Source: Nymphaea colorata
Taxonomy: Eukaryota
Direction: 5' to 3'
NCBI RefSeq assembly: GCF_008831285.2
Contig: NC_045138.2
Span: forward strand, 23,684,001-23,748,000
Length of the DNA stretch: 64,000 bases
Made by a program: the position numbers and the translations under genes. The notes below the pieces were generated by a model that had not been told where the DNA came from, did not search any database, and was given only the letters and a program-made list of their open reading frames with translations. Shown here piece by piece: positions 1-12,935 of the stretch (positions within the stretch are counted from its first letter, which is position 1; every line of letters begins with the position of its first letter).

Positions 1-3000
1 ACCCAGCCGACAAGGAATCAAGTGAAGAAAGAAAGCAAGTGAAAAGCTTGATGGATGGGCTGGTTCGTCTGGGAATAAGCTAACCTATAGCTGACTGTTG
101 GGTCCGTTCTCTTTCAGATCCTCATGTCCTATCTCTTTTCGGGTGACACGCTGTACCACCTTTCTTCATTGCAAGTTGAACGAGAGGCAGCAATTCTGGA
201 ATCTCCCGCCCTCCACTATGAGAATGGTCTTCGATCAATGTAAGAAAGTAATGTGCTTCTCGCCTTTGCCTTCAGAGTGGTGGTGGTTGTTGTCGTCAGA
301 ACCCCTCCCTTCTTTGTTGGGTTGTCGTGATTAGCCATGAATTCGATGGATAGCATGCCATCTCCCTAGCTACAGCTTTCAGCAGAAGTTGCTTAATCGA
401 ATGCAAGGCCGCTATCCGCTTTCTCTCCCCGCCCTAATGAACCGTTCCTTGACCCCTTTCCCGTCCTGGTTTGAATCAACAAAACATAAACCGCTTTTCT
501 CGCTTGCGTAGTGAAAAGCGAAAAAACTCACAGATAAGGAAAAAACAATCTCATTGATTCAGAAGTAGGTAGGGACCTTTTCTTGCTAATTGAAGAAGCT
601 GCCGTTGCTCGTAGCTTCTTTGCTTCACCTGAACAGAAGAGTTTGTCAATCAACCACTTGCACTTGATTGAGGACTTCCTTCACTTACCGCTACTCTCCC
701 AAGCGCCTAGAACAAGATTGTGTCGCACCCCACTTTCACTACCGCTTCCTAGAAGAGAAGTTGTTTGATCTAAAGCCACTGCGCTAGGTCTCACACCCGA
801 AAGAGTCTTTCACTTTACCACTGGACTATCACCGCTAATAGTCTGTAGCAGCTTCATCTTGTAATGCCCGCCTATGACCGATAGTCTTGAAGGGTCATGA
901 TGGGAGCAATGAAAGTTGGCAAACGAAGGTCAGATCCGTCAGTCGGGATGTCAAAACGCTTTCTCGATAGAGTTTGGGGTTTAGCTTGCTCAATTAGAGG
1001 TGGATCTCACAGATTCCATAGAGGAAGGGGTCAGTGACAGTTCCAGTTTCCCGCTCTCATGCTCTCTCCATTTTCATAGAAATTCCTTTGGTTGGTGGTA
1101 TTCAAAAGGCGTCAAAGAAAATGGAAACGGTTCTTTAAGAAAGATTGAACAATGCTTTTTCCGTACACGTATACTACGACAAGGCTCGCTTATGGCTCCG
1201 TGGCTCTAGTAGTCCTTATTATTCAGAAAGACTCTTTCGATGGTGCGTTGGAAGGGACAGAAGGGAGCTAGTGAGCACTTCAAGGGGAATAGGCTTGCTT
1301 CTTCCTAGTGAACGGGTGGTCCTCTTGCCTAGCGGAAGGAAACCCTTCATGCTATCGAAAGACATTGCATCAGTCTATCCGCGCTTGCTTTGGGCACAAC
1401 CCCTGGCATAGTAGAATGAGAAGGCTCAGCGCACTCAAGCAGCTCAGTTTGCTTTCCGAACTCTAACTAGCAAAGCACAGCGTGAAACCAGTTTCTTTCA
1501 TTCGATGCAGTGGTCTGATTGCCTAGTGGAAGCCCTGAGGCACTTGATTCTAGAGTACGCTCGACTCATCACCACAGCGCGAGATGCGCAAGAGTGACCC
1601 ATCTCTCCACACCAACTAGCGGAGCGACTCCCTATGTCGGTGAATGTCGTAGTCTCTTTCCCTTCTCCCCAGTATGAGTTTAGAATCTCAGAGGGGGTCT
1701 TCCTCTACTCTAGGCTCACTCCACCCCCTATGTTGTCTGATTTCAATGCTTTGAAACCATGGGCGGTGGATGGGGAAGGAGGGCAAGTCAAGTTAGCGTG
1801 GAAATTGCTTGATTCTTGCTTTTTCACGAGAGTTTTCATTCCTTGGTGTTATAGCGTTCGTGCCCCATAGCCAATGGGTCACTTCACCCTAAGGATTTGC
1901 TGCTTTAAGGTAAGGATGTGGGTCGAGGGGTCGCTAAGAGTAGTAGTAGTAGTAGTGGTAGTAGGTCTGATCTCTGAATGCTTCTGCGCCTCTTGATTGA
2001 CCTGACTTCATATGGTAATCCGAGTGTAGGGCGAAATGCTACCACGTCCCGGTAGATTTTGACCTCCATTCTGCCATTCTTGCACCACCCATCGTACGTT
2101 CGCCCTAATGGGTTGCGTACTTTGATTGTCAAATATTCCCAGTTGTCTATCCTGGTGTGAACCGTTCATGGCAGTCTAATGGATTGTGCAGCAATGTTGC
2201 CACCCAGCTTGCTTGACTTCATGTAGAGTTTTGTTTTGAGTCATTCCATTCTAGAAAGTGCAGATCAAAAGGAAGTTGTGAGGCCCGGTTGCCTACAAAG
2301 GTGCCGGGGCGAGGGGCGGGAGAGATGCATTCTCTTTTATCATAGATAAAAGAGATCAAGCAAGAAAATGAGTGAGTCATCCATGCCAGAGCAGCTACAA
2401 TTGCTTCTGCGGGAGCGAGTGGTCCTCCGACACAAGCTTGAACTTTTCATTGATGGCCCTATAATTAGGTGAATGAGACGGCGTCCATAAGTCTAAATAA
2501 AGAAGCATACGATAGGAAGGAGGAGATGATGATCCGGGCCGTCCTTTTTTCACAGCTTTCACTAGTGTATGATATGATCCGGGAAGTACCATACTATGAG
2601 ATTGTTCATCAATGAACATGAAGAGGAGGAAGAAAAAAAAGATGGGTTACCATGAGAACAAGGATTGAAGACACACTGAACATGCTAGTGCAAGTGAGGA
2701 CCTTTTTTTCAACTCCAGATTGGGATCAGACGAACTATTCTAGCCTAGAACAATTCGATGAAAGCGGCCCGAGCGTGAGCGGGCCCTTGGGGGTGCGGAA
2801 ATGCCAAACGGGCCATCCACGGAGCTACATCCCCACTCACCTGGTCCTGCTCCTCTTCTCGGCAACGAGGAGGAGGGTCAGGGCAGTAGCGCCCTTCCTG
2901 GGGGGAGGGCACATCCAATCCCGGCAGAGGCCGGAGAACCTAAAGCCCTAGCCTCGGTCTCCATGGATGCATCCTCATCAGAAGATGCGAGCTCTAGCTC

Positions 3001-3650
3001 TTCCTCTAATGAGGTTTCTGTATCCGACGATGAGCCAGAGGGCGAGGTTTCCTCGGAAGTGGAAGAATCGACTCTGTTGGGGCAACTGGGGGGAACGAGA
3101 GAAGGATCTGTTTGTCCTATTTCGACGGGAAGAAAGATACTGGGATTCCTCGCAACCTGAACGAACGCCCACGGTGAGCGAGCGTACCAATCTTGTCTCG
3201 ACTTTGAAGAGGGGGAAGTCAGGATGATGGAAAACAGAAGCAAACTACGGGATCGCCTCATCGATCTCCTGATGAATGATATGGATCCCCAGGTCCTCGC
3301 TGATAGGCAGGAAAACCCAGACCCAACGACTCCAAGGATCTTTTCTCTTTTTTGCTTTCGATTTCATTGAAAGAAATATGGATGAATCTGGGAACCTCTT
3401 CGTCCTTCAAGCTCAAATTCCAGAGGTATGTAATGAGGTGATGGCTCTAATCCGCTGAGCGAGTTCTTCTTTTGATTTTGATTGATGAAGTGTCGTGGTC
3501 ACGCTCGTACTATTGATGCATTCGTCTTTGTTGGAAAGGAACAGGGGAGTTGGCTGCAAAAAAAGATGGAAAAGAACGATCACGTAATATCAATTTCTCA
3601 TCCTCGTCAGCTGCTTCCAATTGCTCAGAAATGATCAGCAGCTATATAAG
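1..3650. other. Probable nuclear insertion of mitochondrial DNA (NUMT-like intergenic plant mtDNA), open at the window start
   Basis: Visibly more GC-balanced than the AT-rich DNA after ~3700, with no MITEs or (TA)n tracts. Contains short perfect hairpins (TCTCTTTTATC-ATA-GATAAAAGAGA, 2331-2355) and a low-complexity ORF relic typical of plant mtDNA. No core mitochondrial gene was recognised, so this is a compositional inference. Confidence 0.5.
2801..3458 (+). pseudogene. Disrupted Ser/Glu-rich ORF resembling uncharacterised plant mitochondrial ORFs
   Basis: ORF 2801-3160 (MPNGPS...DASSSEDASSSSSSNEVS...) continues in frame past TGA 3158-3160 as TNAHGERAYQSCLDFEEGEVRMMENRSKLRDRLIDLLMNDMDP. 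A further frame runs to 3458. Confidence 0.3.
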
Positions 3651-5129
3651 GGGGGGCTTGAATGGTGAGCAAAAACAATTGATCAAGACATGTAGTACTT
3701 GGATCTGATGTAAATGGATTAAGCCTCCACCTCTAATAAAGCGTTAACATCAATGCATGTACCAGCTGTTGTCACAAGGTAATATATATGAACTTCATTA
3801 TATGCATTCTGTTCATACAGTTGGACTGCTAACCTATGTATTTATAAAGCTATTTGCATTTTATCTTCTATCTTCTGTGCTACCCCATGGGCATGTGTCT
3901 GTTTATGTGTATGAATGGCGAATGCATGTCTTATGTGCCTCTTTCATGCACATACAGTTCAAGTGCATGTGTCATTCATGTGTTAACATGCATGTGTGAA
4001 GGGAAAAATCTATAATGTTGTTCTTTGATCGTTAATGGTATGACAATCTTAATGGTATGGAAAATTACTGTGTTCTGCAGAAAGAAATTAGTTCAACCTG
4101 GTTATGTTTTCCTATTGGAATGAAGTAAGAACACAAGACATGCACTCGTAATTGATGCCACAAGCCTCATTGAAGTCATGCACTCGTATGTTGCTTCATG
4201 TCCTAGACGAAGTTATCGTCTCCAACTTTTTGATATGACTCTTTTTAGTCTTTGTGGGTGTTGGGTTCCTCGTGAGAGCGGCAGCCGCATATAGGGAGGT
4301 GTAGAGGGATCATGTGACCCTAGACAGCATTCCGGATCACTCTCTCCATCTACCTCACCGCTCGTCGGAGTAGCAGATCGATCATCGTGCCTCTCGCCTC
4401 CCTACCGTTTGGACCTCATATCTGATTAACGTTGCTCTCCTTCCTATCGTTGTTCTAACCGATGCTTTCTAAGGTTTCAAGACTTTGATCTCACATGATA
4501 TCCAGCAGGTTTGCATGAGGAAACTCAGTTTTATAGGCGAGAAATCTCTCTCGATTGTTCGTCTTCTTCTCCCTTTGCTTTCTATGGTTTCCTTCACTAG
4601 AAACATGTCAATTTGTGCTTTGTCTGAGGTTCTCTCTACGTTGTACGTATTTTGGCACAGAGAACGATGGAAGGGGGAAAGACGACTTTCAGCCGCAGCC
4701 GTCGATAGACTCGTTGGACGATGGGTGCCATATGCACATCTTCAGTTTCTTACCTCCGCTCTCTGGTACTTTTTTGATCTCCACTCTCCTGTTCTTTTTT
4801 TTTCTCCTTTTTTTTTCTGCTTTCCTCTGTTCTAAGGTTTTGGTATTTCATGCTCAGAATGGTTGTCGACTGGTTGTCGACTTGCCTCTTATGTGAGTCT
4901 AATTTTTTGTGGAGACTGTGAGTCCAATCGTAGACTTGGCTAAGTGGTTATCCAGTGAAACGTGGGCTTTTAATAGTCAATGAGCATGATCGGACTTGGG
5001 GATTGCACATATTTGGATCCATCAACCATTAAATTTATTATTAAAATGCAGCAGGACATACCCCTACATCAACATCTCAAGCAAAAAAAATACTTATATC
5101 TGAATTAAATTGTTTTTGTCTCTTCTTAT

Positions 5130-5545
5130 GTGAAAAACTAGGGAAAAACACGGGACCCCTAAGGGTTGGACTTTTTAAACCTGTAGAAAAAACGGTTGTC
5201 ATTCTGAGACTAGATTTCTAGAACAGGTTCTTAGCAGCTTGAATGGTCTCTTGAAGATTTTTATAATCTCTAATCACAAGAATTGAAGCTGGTGGCTGAA
5301 AAGTTGCCTAGAGGGGAGGCATGTCCTGCAAAGGGAGTATCAATTAGCAGTTTTCTCTTCTTTAGTCTTCAATAAGGAATGGTCTTCCGTTGATGTTGCT
5401 TCTTTGTTTCTGTGTTCCAATCTAATATGTAATCTGGGGAAGATTTAGATTTTTTTCACAAAGAATATTCTTTGTACATACCATTTTTATTAATAAAACG
5501 AGGAAACGGATCCAGCATTAAGGCTGGATGTAATGAAAAAAACCA
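5130..5545 (+). mobile_element. 5'-truncated LINE 3' tail (probable)
   Basis: T-rich tail, AATAAA near 5492, stem-loop ATCCAGC-attaag-GCTGGAT, then an A-run. No TSD identified and the left boundary is approximate. Confidence 0.3.
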
Positions 5546-6888
5546 CCAATTTTTGTTTGTACTTTATCATGAAAAATTTATCCAGAGAAAACACAATGTG
5601 TCCTCGTCCATAGCTGCAATTTGTATTAAGCTGGTTTTGAATTTCGATCTACGGAATAAATCTCACTCTCAAAAAAAACCAAACGGGGGGTGTAGAACGA
5701 GAAAGTAGGTATAAAATTTTAAATTGTTAGGAGTTATTAATATATAAATTATGAAAATTGCTCTGAAATATTCATATGGGAATGAGAAGTTTGTTTGGGA
5801 TCCGTGTGAACAGTTGCCGCAATAGCTGTGGCGCTTGCATCCATCCCTGGCACCAAATGGACGGAGTATACCTACATAATGCACTAACTACCTTTCAGCA
5901 ATTTTCTTTCTAATCATCAACTTAATGTGCATTTATATAAGAATGTGACGTGCATAGTCTCCAAAGTTTAAGGTTACATATTTAGATAAGCGCTTCTGCT
6001 TGTTTAGATAAGTTTCTACCATTTTTTTAAATTTAAAATGTTTAATTTCATCCCAAGTTTTTCATGAATTGTTAGTTAGTGATACTGGAAATGCAATGTT
6101 TATTTTTAAATAGATTTAAAAATATATATATAGTATTTTTTCTCAAATCTGTCTTATTATTGAAGCGCTCAAATCGGGCAAGAGAATCAACGGTTGCCCT
6201 TGCCCCTATTCACTTCCTTTCCATTTCCGTTTTTCCAATAGGTTCCAAACTTCCATTCCATGGCTACTAAGTAAATAATACGATTCAATTTTGTCAACAA
6301 GTTCTTTACTGCCCATCAAACATGGATGAACCGTTGAGGCGATTCCCAAAAACATTACGTCCATAGTTTAAGCCGAAGCCGCCCTCCTCCTTGTCCTGAA
6401 GCTTCCCTCACCTCCGCTCCCTCCTCTAATCCCGCAGCTTGGTGGGTGAGCGGACGACCTCGGCGACGATATGGCTGGGACATCAACACAATAATTCTTT
6501 AAACATTGTCACCAGAAATTCATTGGCACCAACCTAATCCTCTACATGGCATTGTGCCACAGAAGGCTTTTCTTTTCTTTTCTTTTCCTTTTTAATTGAT
6601 CATATTGCATAAACGGTTCAAATTAGCCGAATTTGGATCTTATCTTTTTAAAATCCCATTTGAATCCGCCCTATAACACAAGAACCAACATTTATATGTA
6701 ATCAAGTTATATCTATATCGTATCTCAATCGAACATCATAATACTAATAAGATCTAAATTAAATTATCTTACAAGATCTAGTTAAATGGATTTGAAACAG
6801 AAGCGATAATCAAACATACCCGACCCGTTCCAAAAAAAGTAATCCAAGCCCTGAAACATCCTCTTAAGGCCTTGGAGTAGCTTCATGG

Positions 6889-7055
6889 CAGTGGAGGAGC
6901 CACATAGAGGCCCACACCAATCTCACAAAGTATGTTTATTTTTATATTAATACTTTGATATATTTGATTGTTGATATACATAGTGCCCTTAACAGTACTA
7001 ATTTTTTTTACTGAATTAGTACCCCTCTCAGCCAAAATTTCTTGCTCCGCTACTG
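6889..7055. mobile_element. hAT-type MITE
   Basis: TIRs CAGTGGAGGAGC / GCTCCGCTACTG. 8-bp flanks CTTCATGG (6881-6888) and CTTGATGG (7056-7063) match at 7/8. Confidence 0.75.
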
Positions 7056-9308
7056 CTTGATGGGTAAGAGATCATTTGCAGACAGGAGCAGAGAATTAGT
7101 GGCGAGGTACACAAATTTTATATGCAAGCACATGTATTTAAATCATTTTACATATAAAGGTCTTCTCAATTTTGGATGAGCAAGAGGTTAAATAATAAGC
7201 CACCATTTGAAAGAAACCCAAAAGTCCCGGTATTCCTCATGCCTATGGGGTTTTGGGTTGCATCGAGATCTGGGTGGGGTATGATATACCATTCAATTTG
7301 GGCATCACAATCATACATTTTTATAGTGTAGGGGAGTAGCACTTATGGAAATTAAATAGACAATGTGTCTTTTATGTGTCTGTCTGTCTATGTGACCAAC
7401 TTTGTTACGCCCTACTTGTTTATGCATTTTTTTACATAAATTTCTCGAAGAAGGTCATATGTTTGAGCGTAAGAAGCACAGTAAGAAGGTCATTTCCTTA
7501 TACATGCAATTCCTTGCTCTCATCTTCTCAAGTTTCATCGCGTCAAGGAGGTGAAGCCTTAGTTTCTATTGTTCATTGAAACAAGAAGAAAGAAAATCAT
7601 CGTCTTCAACAGGCCACCTAACATCTGTAAACTCAACATAAAGGGGGGACAATGAAAGCCACCCATTTGTAGGTCCTCCGCCAAATAACATAAAGGAGGG
7701 GCAATGAACGAGAACCTACAAGTGCAACCAATATATTGCACTACAGTCAGCTGGCAGGCCATTAATAGACCTCACTAATAAAGAGGGAGAGAGAGAGAAG
7801 CTTTCAGTCAAGGACGACGATATGGCTGATGGATTTCAGACCCAATTAACAAAATTCCAAAGCAGGGCATTCAAATATGGAAAGTAGGACTATTAGAAAA
7901 AATCAATAAAAAGAATTAAGAGTACGAAGAAAGAGACTAGCTATGATTCCAAAGAACAAGAAAGAGATTACCAGGAAAGGACCTTGAAGAGGTTCTATTG
8001 AGATTTTGACAATGAGATTATGTACTAAAAATAGTGAATGGGTTGATTTTGTTTGCCAATTATCACTAAATGATATGGTAAACCATATCCATGTCATGAT
8101 TGCCGATATATGTGAAAGCATTTGTTTTTTCTTCCACATCGTTTTGCTTCCGGGAACGAAATCTGCCTCTTATATGAAGGCATATTCATGGAACATTTGT
8201 TTTAAAGATTCACAAATCAATTCAATATTTGGAGTACATTTGCAAAACACTCATACCTTAAATCATTTTTATATCAACGACTTAGGTACATGTCTTTTGC
8301 AAGATCGATTCTGGTGTGCTTCTGGCATCAAGTAAAAGTGGAGGGTTAACCCATGATGGGCGCTGAACATCACTAAAGGGGTGTTTGACAATGGCAACAG
8401 GCTGTTACTCGTTGGTCAGTCTAGCCAATTAGACTAATCCTTGACCTAGAAATATATACGTGCATTCTTTATATAGATATCTATGTTTTTGTATTTATTT
8501 GTTTCCGTATAGGCATATTCATTTATTTATTTATGGACTTGGATCGAGTCAAACCGACTAATTCCAACTAGTCCCCATTGCCTTATTAGGGTCTTGAACG
8601 ACCTGTTTCCGACTTTCAGTTTTGACAACTTAGATTATAGACCTGTCTGTCTGTTACTCTTTTGAGGTGGCTAAACACGGATATTATAAAAATATACTAA
8701 AAAAATGTGTGGCCATTACAACTTTTACTTGCCTAGTTGGTAACACATCAGTTGCTTATTGTCTTGATATGATCCACAATTTGGTGAAGATGAATATAGG
8801 TTTATTCTCCAAAGTAGTAAGAAGGCACAGTAATTGGTTTGAGCATCCTAAATTCCTCATTTGCTGTAAACAGTGAATTGACTGTGGATGTAAGCATATA
8901 TTTCAAAGAATTTGTCTTCTTCAGACGGGCTGGGTTGTGTGTGTATCATATTTTTATACAACATATTTAGTTATTTACAATAACTTTTTTATAGCATATA
9001 AATGAAGTAAGGTCTCTAACTCTATAAAGAGCTGTATTTTTTAATGTATTTTAACTGCAATCGAGTCAGGTGACTCCAGATGAGTTAGGGCCGATTCCGG
9101 GCTAGTCAAGCCGAGTCAAGGGTGATCCTTGCCAAGTTAGGCCGACTTAGGGGTGAGATAGGTCCTACCTTGCCCAACCTTGATTCGTTGTCTGCTCGAC
9201 TCGGGTGTTTCTCGAGTCAGCTCAACGAGTTTGCCAATTATGATGAGAACAGCACCACATAACAGCATCTAGAGGGCTGGCCAATTGAGTTTCATTGCAC
9301 AAGTCCTC

Positions 9309-9496
9309 GAGGGGCGAAGTTAGGATTTCTTCTTTAGGGGGTTCAAACCAGAATTTCAAAATTTCAACAAGAGCTGAAATATAATGTTTCAAAATCATTG
9401 TATAAATCAGATAAAAAAAATTAAAATTACATATAATTTTATTAAAAAAATTGAGGGGGCGCCATGGCTCCTGCTAGCCTACTAGCTCCATCCCTG
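9309..9496. mobile_element. MITE (CAGGGGCGGAGCTAG-type termini)
   Basis: Left end GAGGGGCGAAGTTAG and right end CTAGCTCCATCCCTG. Interior is similar to the arms of the 22526-22792 fold-back. No TSD match. Confidence 0.5.
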
Positions 9497-9800
9497 AGAC
9501 GCACTTCAAACCTAATTTGGTCATTATCAAAGGAGTAAATCAAGGCTTACTAATGCGGGATACTTGTTAGATTGCTAAAATTTAAGACTTTATCATTCCA
9601 AGGACCCTAAACAGTCTCTAAAACTGCCATAAACCATGTTGCATCGAAAACTATATATCAATAATTTGTGACTATTTATTAATTATAAATTTAAATTTTA
9701 GCTGACGAGCTCTGACACCTGGTATATATATATTAGGATGTTTATATTTTATTTAAAATAATTTTTAACAAAAAATAGAAGGATCTGAATTTTATCCCTC

Positions 9801-10287
<487 letters not shown>

Positions 10288-10660
10288 ATAGTGCATGTTG
10301 TTGTTGTGAGTACTGTACATTCTTTCTTTACATGTAAAATATCAGCAAAATGTGATACATGAGAAAAACTGAAATGTTCCTATCTTGCCTATAAGTTTTC
10401 ACGCCGCATTATTTTTTTCTACTGCTAAAAGATCAAAGACTATTTACCTCCATTTTAACTAACTCATATGTGTCACATTTGAAAATACGTTAAGAAATGC
10501 AACTTGATCTCTTTTTTCTTTTTTGCATGTGCTTTCTATCTCTCTTAAAAATGTAGCACCTTTCATGTTGAAATAATGTCATGCTTTTACATCCTCGTGT
10601 GGTCACGTGAACCACGTGTGCCCGGTAGCAATTAATCTAATTCATCGCATCAACAATATG

Positions 10661-11084
10661 TAAGGTTGCAGATGAGGCGAGTCGAGTTCAAGTTGTGCCA
10701 TCTGGATCTCAAAAAACTGGAGCTTGAACTCGACTCAGAACTTGAATCGAGCTCGACATAACAAGCTTGAGCTTGACTCGACGATACAATGTCGAGCTTG
10801 TACTCGACTCATTTAACTCATTTATGTTAGCTTGTCTTGTTTCTTTTAACTCGATTAACTGGTGCAGTTCCTACTTGTTTAATTATTTTTTTATTATAGA
10901 TCACTCTTCATTGTATAATGGTGTTGAGTCGAGTTTAAACGAGTTGAATTCTTACAACTCGAACTTGACTCGTTTAACATTTCAAGCATATATTTGAACT
11001 CGAGCTAGCTTATAAACGAGTCAAGTTTTAACAAGCGAGTTAGTGTCGAGTCGAGTCGAGTGCTGGACTCATTGTGCAACCGTA
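10661..11084. mobile_element. hAT-type MITE rich in (C)TCGAG/GAGTC subterminal motifs
   Basis: TIRs TAAGGTTGCA / TGCAACCGTA. 8-bp flanks ACAATATG (10653-10660) and ACAATAGG (11085-11092) match at 7/8. Confidence 0.8.
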
Positions 11085-11989
11085 ACAATAGGTGAATGTT
11101 TTACGAGAACAAGCTTAACAATTGAAATTTACAACTTAAGGATGGAATGATTTAGAATACACTCTGGAGGAGCCTAACCAAAATCATATCTACTGTCCCT
11201 AACCCTTCCCTTTAGAATCAACTGTCCCACCTCTGCATACAAAACAAGACAGGCCACTCCTGCACTCCTTATCCAACAGATATTCTTAACCTCTTCTAAG
11301 CTTTAGTTTAACCCAAAAAAAGTTAGAAATCAGGACAATCAATCATTTTAACGTCCCATTTACATTGAGATTTCTTACAATCTTAAATATAATACTTAAC
11401 TTTTGAAGTGTTCCAAATAGTGTTCGAATGATTATGAATTTCATGCATACTGTGGAAGGAAGGAACCAAACAGTTGGCAGACCAACAGTCAGGCCATAAA
11501 ATTTATTTTATTTATATATAGACGCTTCATTAGTTTCCAGTTTTTTAAGTATTGGTGCTCCTTAGAGTTGAAATTTAAAAGTGCCCATCAACTAGAAATT
11601 TCCGGCTCGGCCACTGTAGCAAACATCCGTTCTATGGATTTCTTCAACAAAAGCCTCAGACTCCCCATCATCTTTGCATGCTCTTCTCTGAGGCATTGCC
11701 TTCTCATTTAATAAAAGACCAGCCGCCTCATTCCTGGAAAATTTTCATTTTCCAGCACTACCATTTTTTCCCTTAAAAATTATAAGGAGATTACTTTGTG
11801 CATGTTTTTAAAAGTAAAGGCCACATTTTTCGTGACAAATAATGAATGACTTAAAGTGAATATGTGTTAATTTACAAAAATAAAAATAGTTATCTGCAAC
11901 TCTCGGTTTTTTTTTTCTTTTTAAGTGAAGAAACTTCACTTTTAATTTTTACTTCACAGTTTTTATGAAAAGCATTGAGAGTGGTCATA

Positions 11990-12935
11990 ACAGGTTAAGG
12001 AGTGGAATCCCCTCAACATGTGGCCCAAGGGGCAGGTGTTGATAGGTGATGGGCTGATTTCCGCTTCCTCATCTCTTATACCATAAGATGGATGTTGCCC
12101 TCTCAGCCTCTTTCATGAACTTCCAAGAATGGAGAAAGTAAGGAAACGAAATGGATTAAGATATTGAATATATACCTCTAATAAGAATGATTTTAGAAAA
12201 TGAATCTCTTACTTTGAATGATCTCAAAGGTTGCCTAGGGTGAAGCTCTAAGATGATGAAGTTATGCAAATCTTTTTGTGCTCTCTTGAAGAGTTGGAAC
12301 TTTGTGAAACTTGCTCTCAAGGTTGGAGAAGAAGAAGAAGAAGAGAGGAAGAAAGAAATAGAAATAGAGAGTTAGGGGAAAACTCTACATCTTAAGTTAG
12401 AAAGCACTAGAGGTTTTTCAAGGGTTAGCTCATGTCCAAGAAGGAGGATAGCGGAGTATTTATAGAGGGTTTTGGAGTCAAAATTTAAAATTTGATTTTT
12501 TTTTTTTAAATTAACAAGATTTTCATGTGAATTTCAAATATTTTTGATCTTTTTTTTTTTAATAGGCTTTGACTAAGTGGGATTAGCCACTAGCCCTGCA
12601 AACACCCCTTTGGGGTGTGGGCAAGGCTAATGCCCACCTAACCATGCCAAAACCGACCCTTGGAGGGTGGTTTTTTATCAAAATGGGGGGGGGGGGGGGG
12701 GGGGCGTCTCGGTGTGCCAGGCGCAATGGCACTTGGCGCGCTCGTGCACGATGGCACATGATTGTGCGCATCGGTGCGGCCCTGCCACGCCAAGTACTAA
12801 GTACTAATAAATGGGGGGCAAAACGCCCCCCTTATTGTCTCTTATGGACCAATAAGGGGCAGATTTTGCTTCCCTAGCCTCTTGGGGGTTGTAAAAATCA
12901 CATTTTTAAAAGAGGGGTAAAAATGGTTTTGCTGC
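11990..12935. mobile_element. Transposon-derived fragment (Mutator-like end or LTR fragment)
   Basis: (GAA)n tract, TATTTATAG, G20 run at 12685-12704 and a GC-rich block. Right end GGGGTTGTAAAAATCAC...GAGGGGTAAAAATGGTTTTGC resembles a MULE TIR. No matching left end found. Confidence 0.3.

Noticed and set aside
6460..7830. Shared 13-mer GACGATATGGCTG at ~6465 and ~7817
   Set aside because: The flanks do not align, so it could be chance; no gene model could be built.
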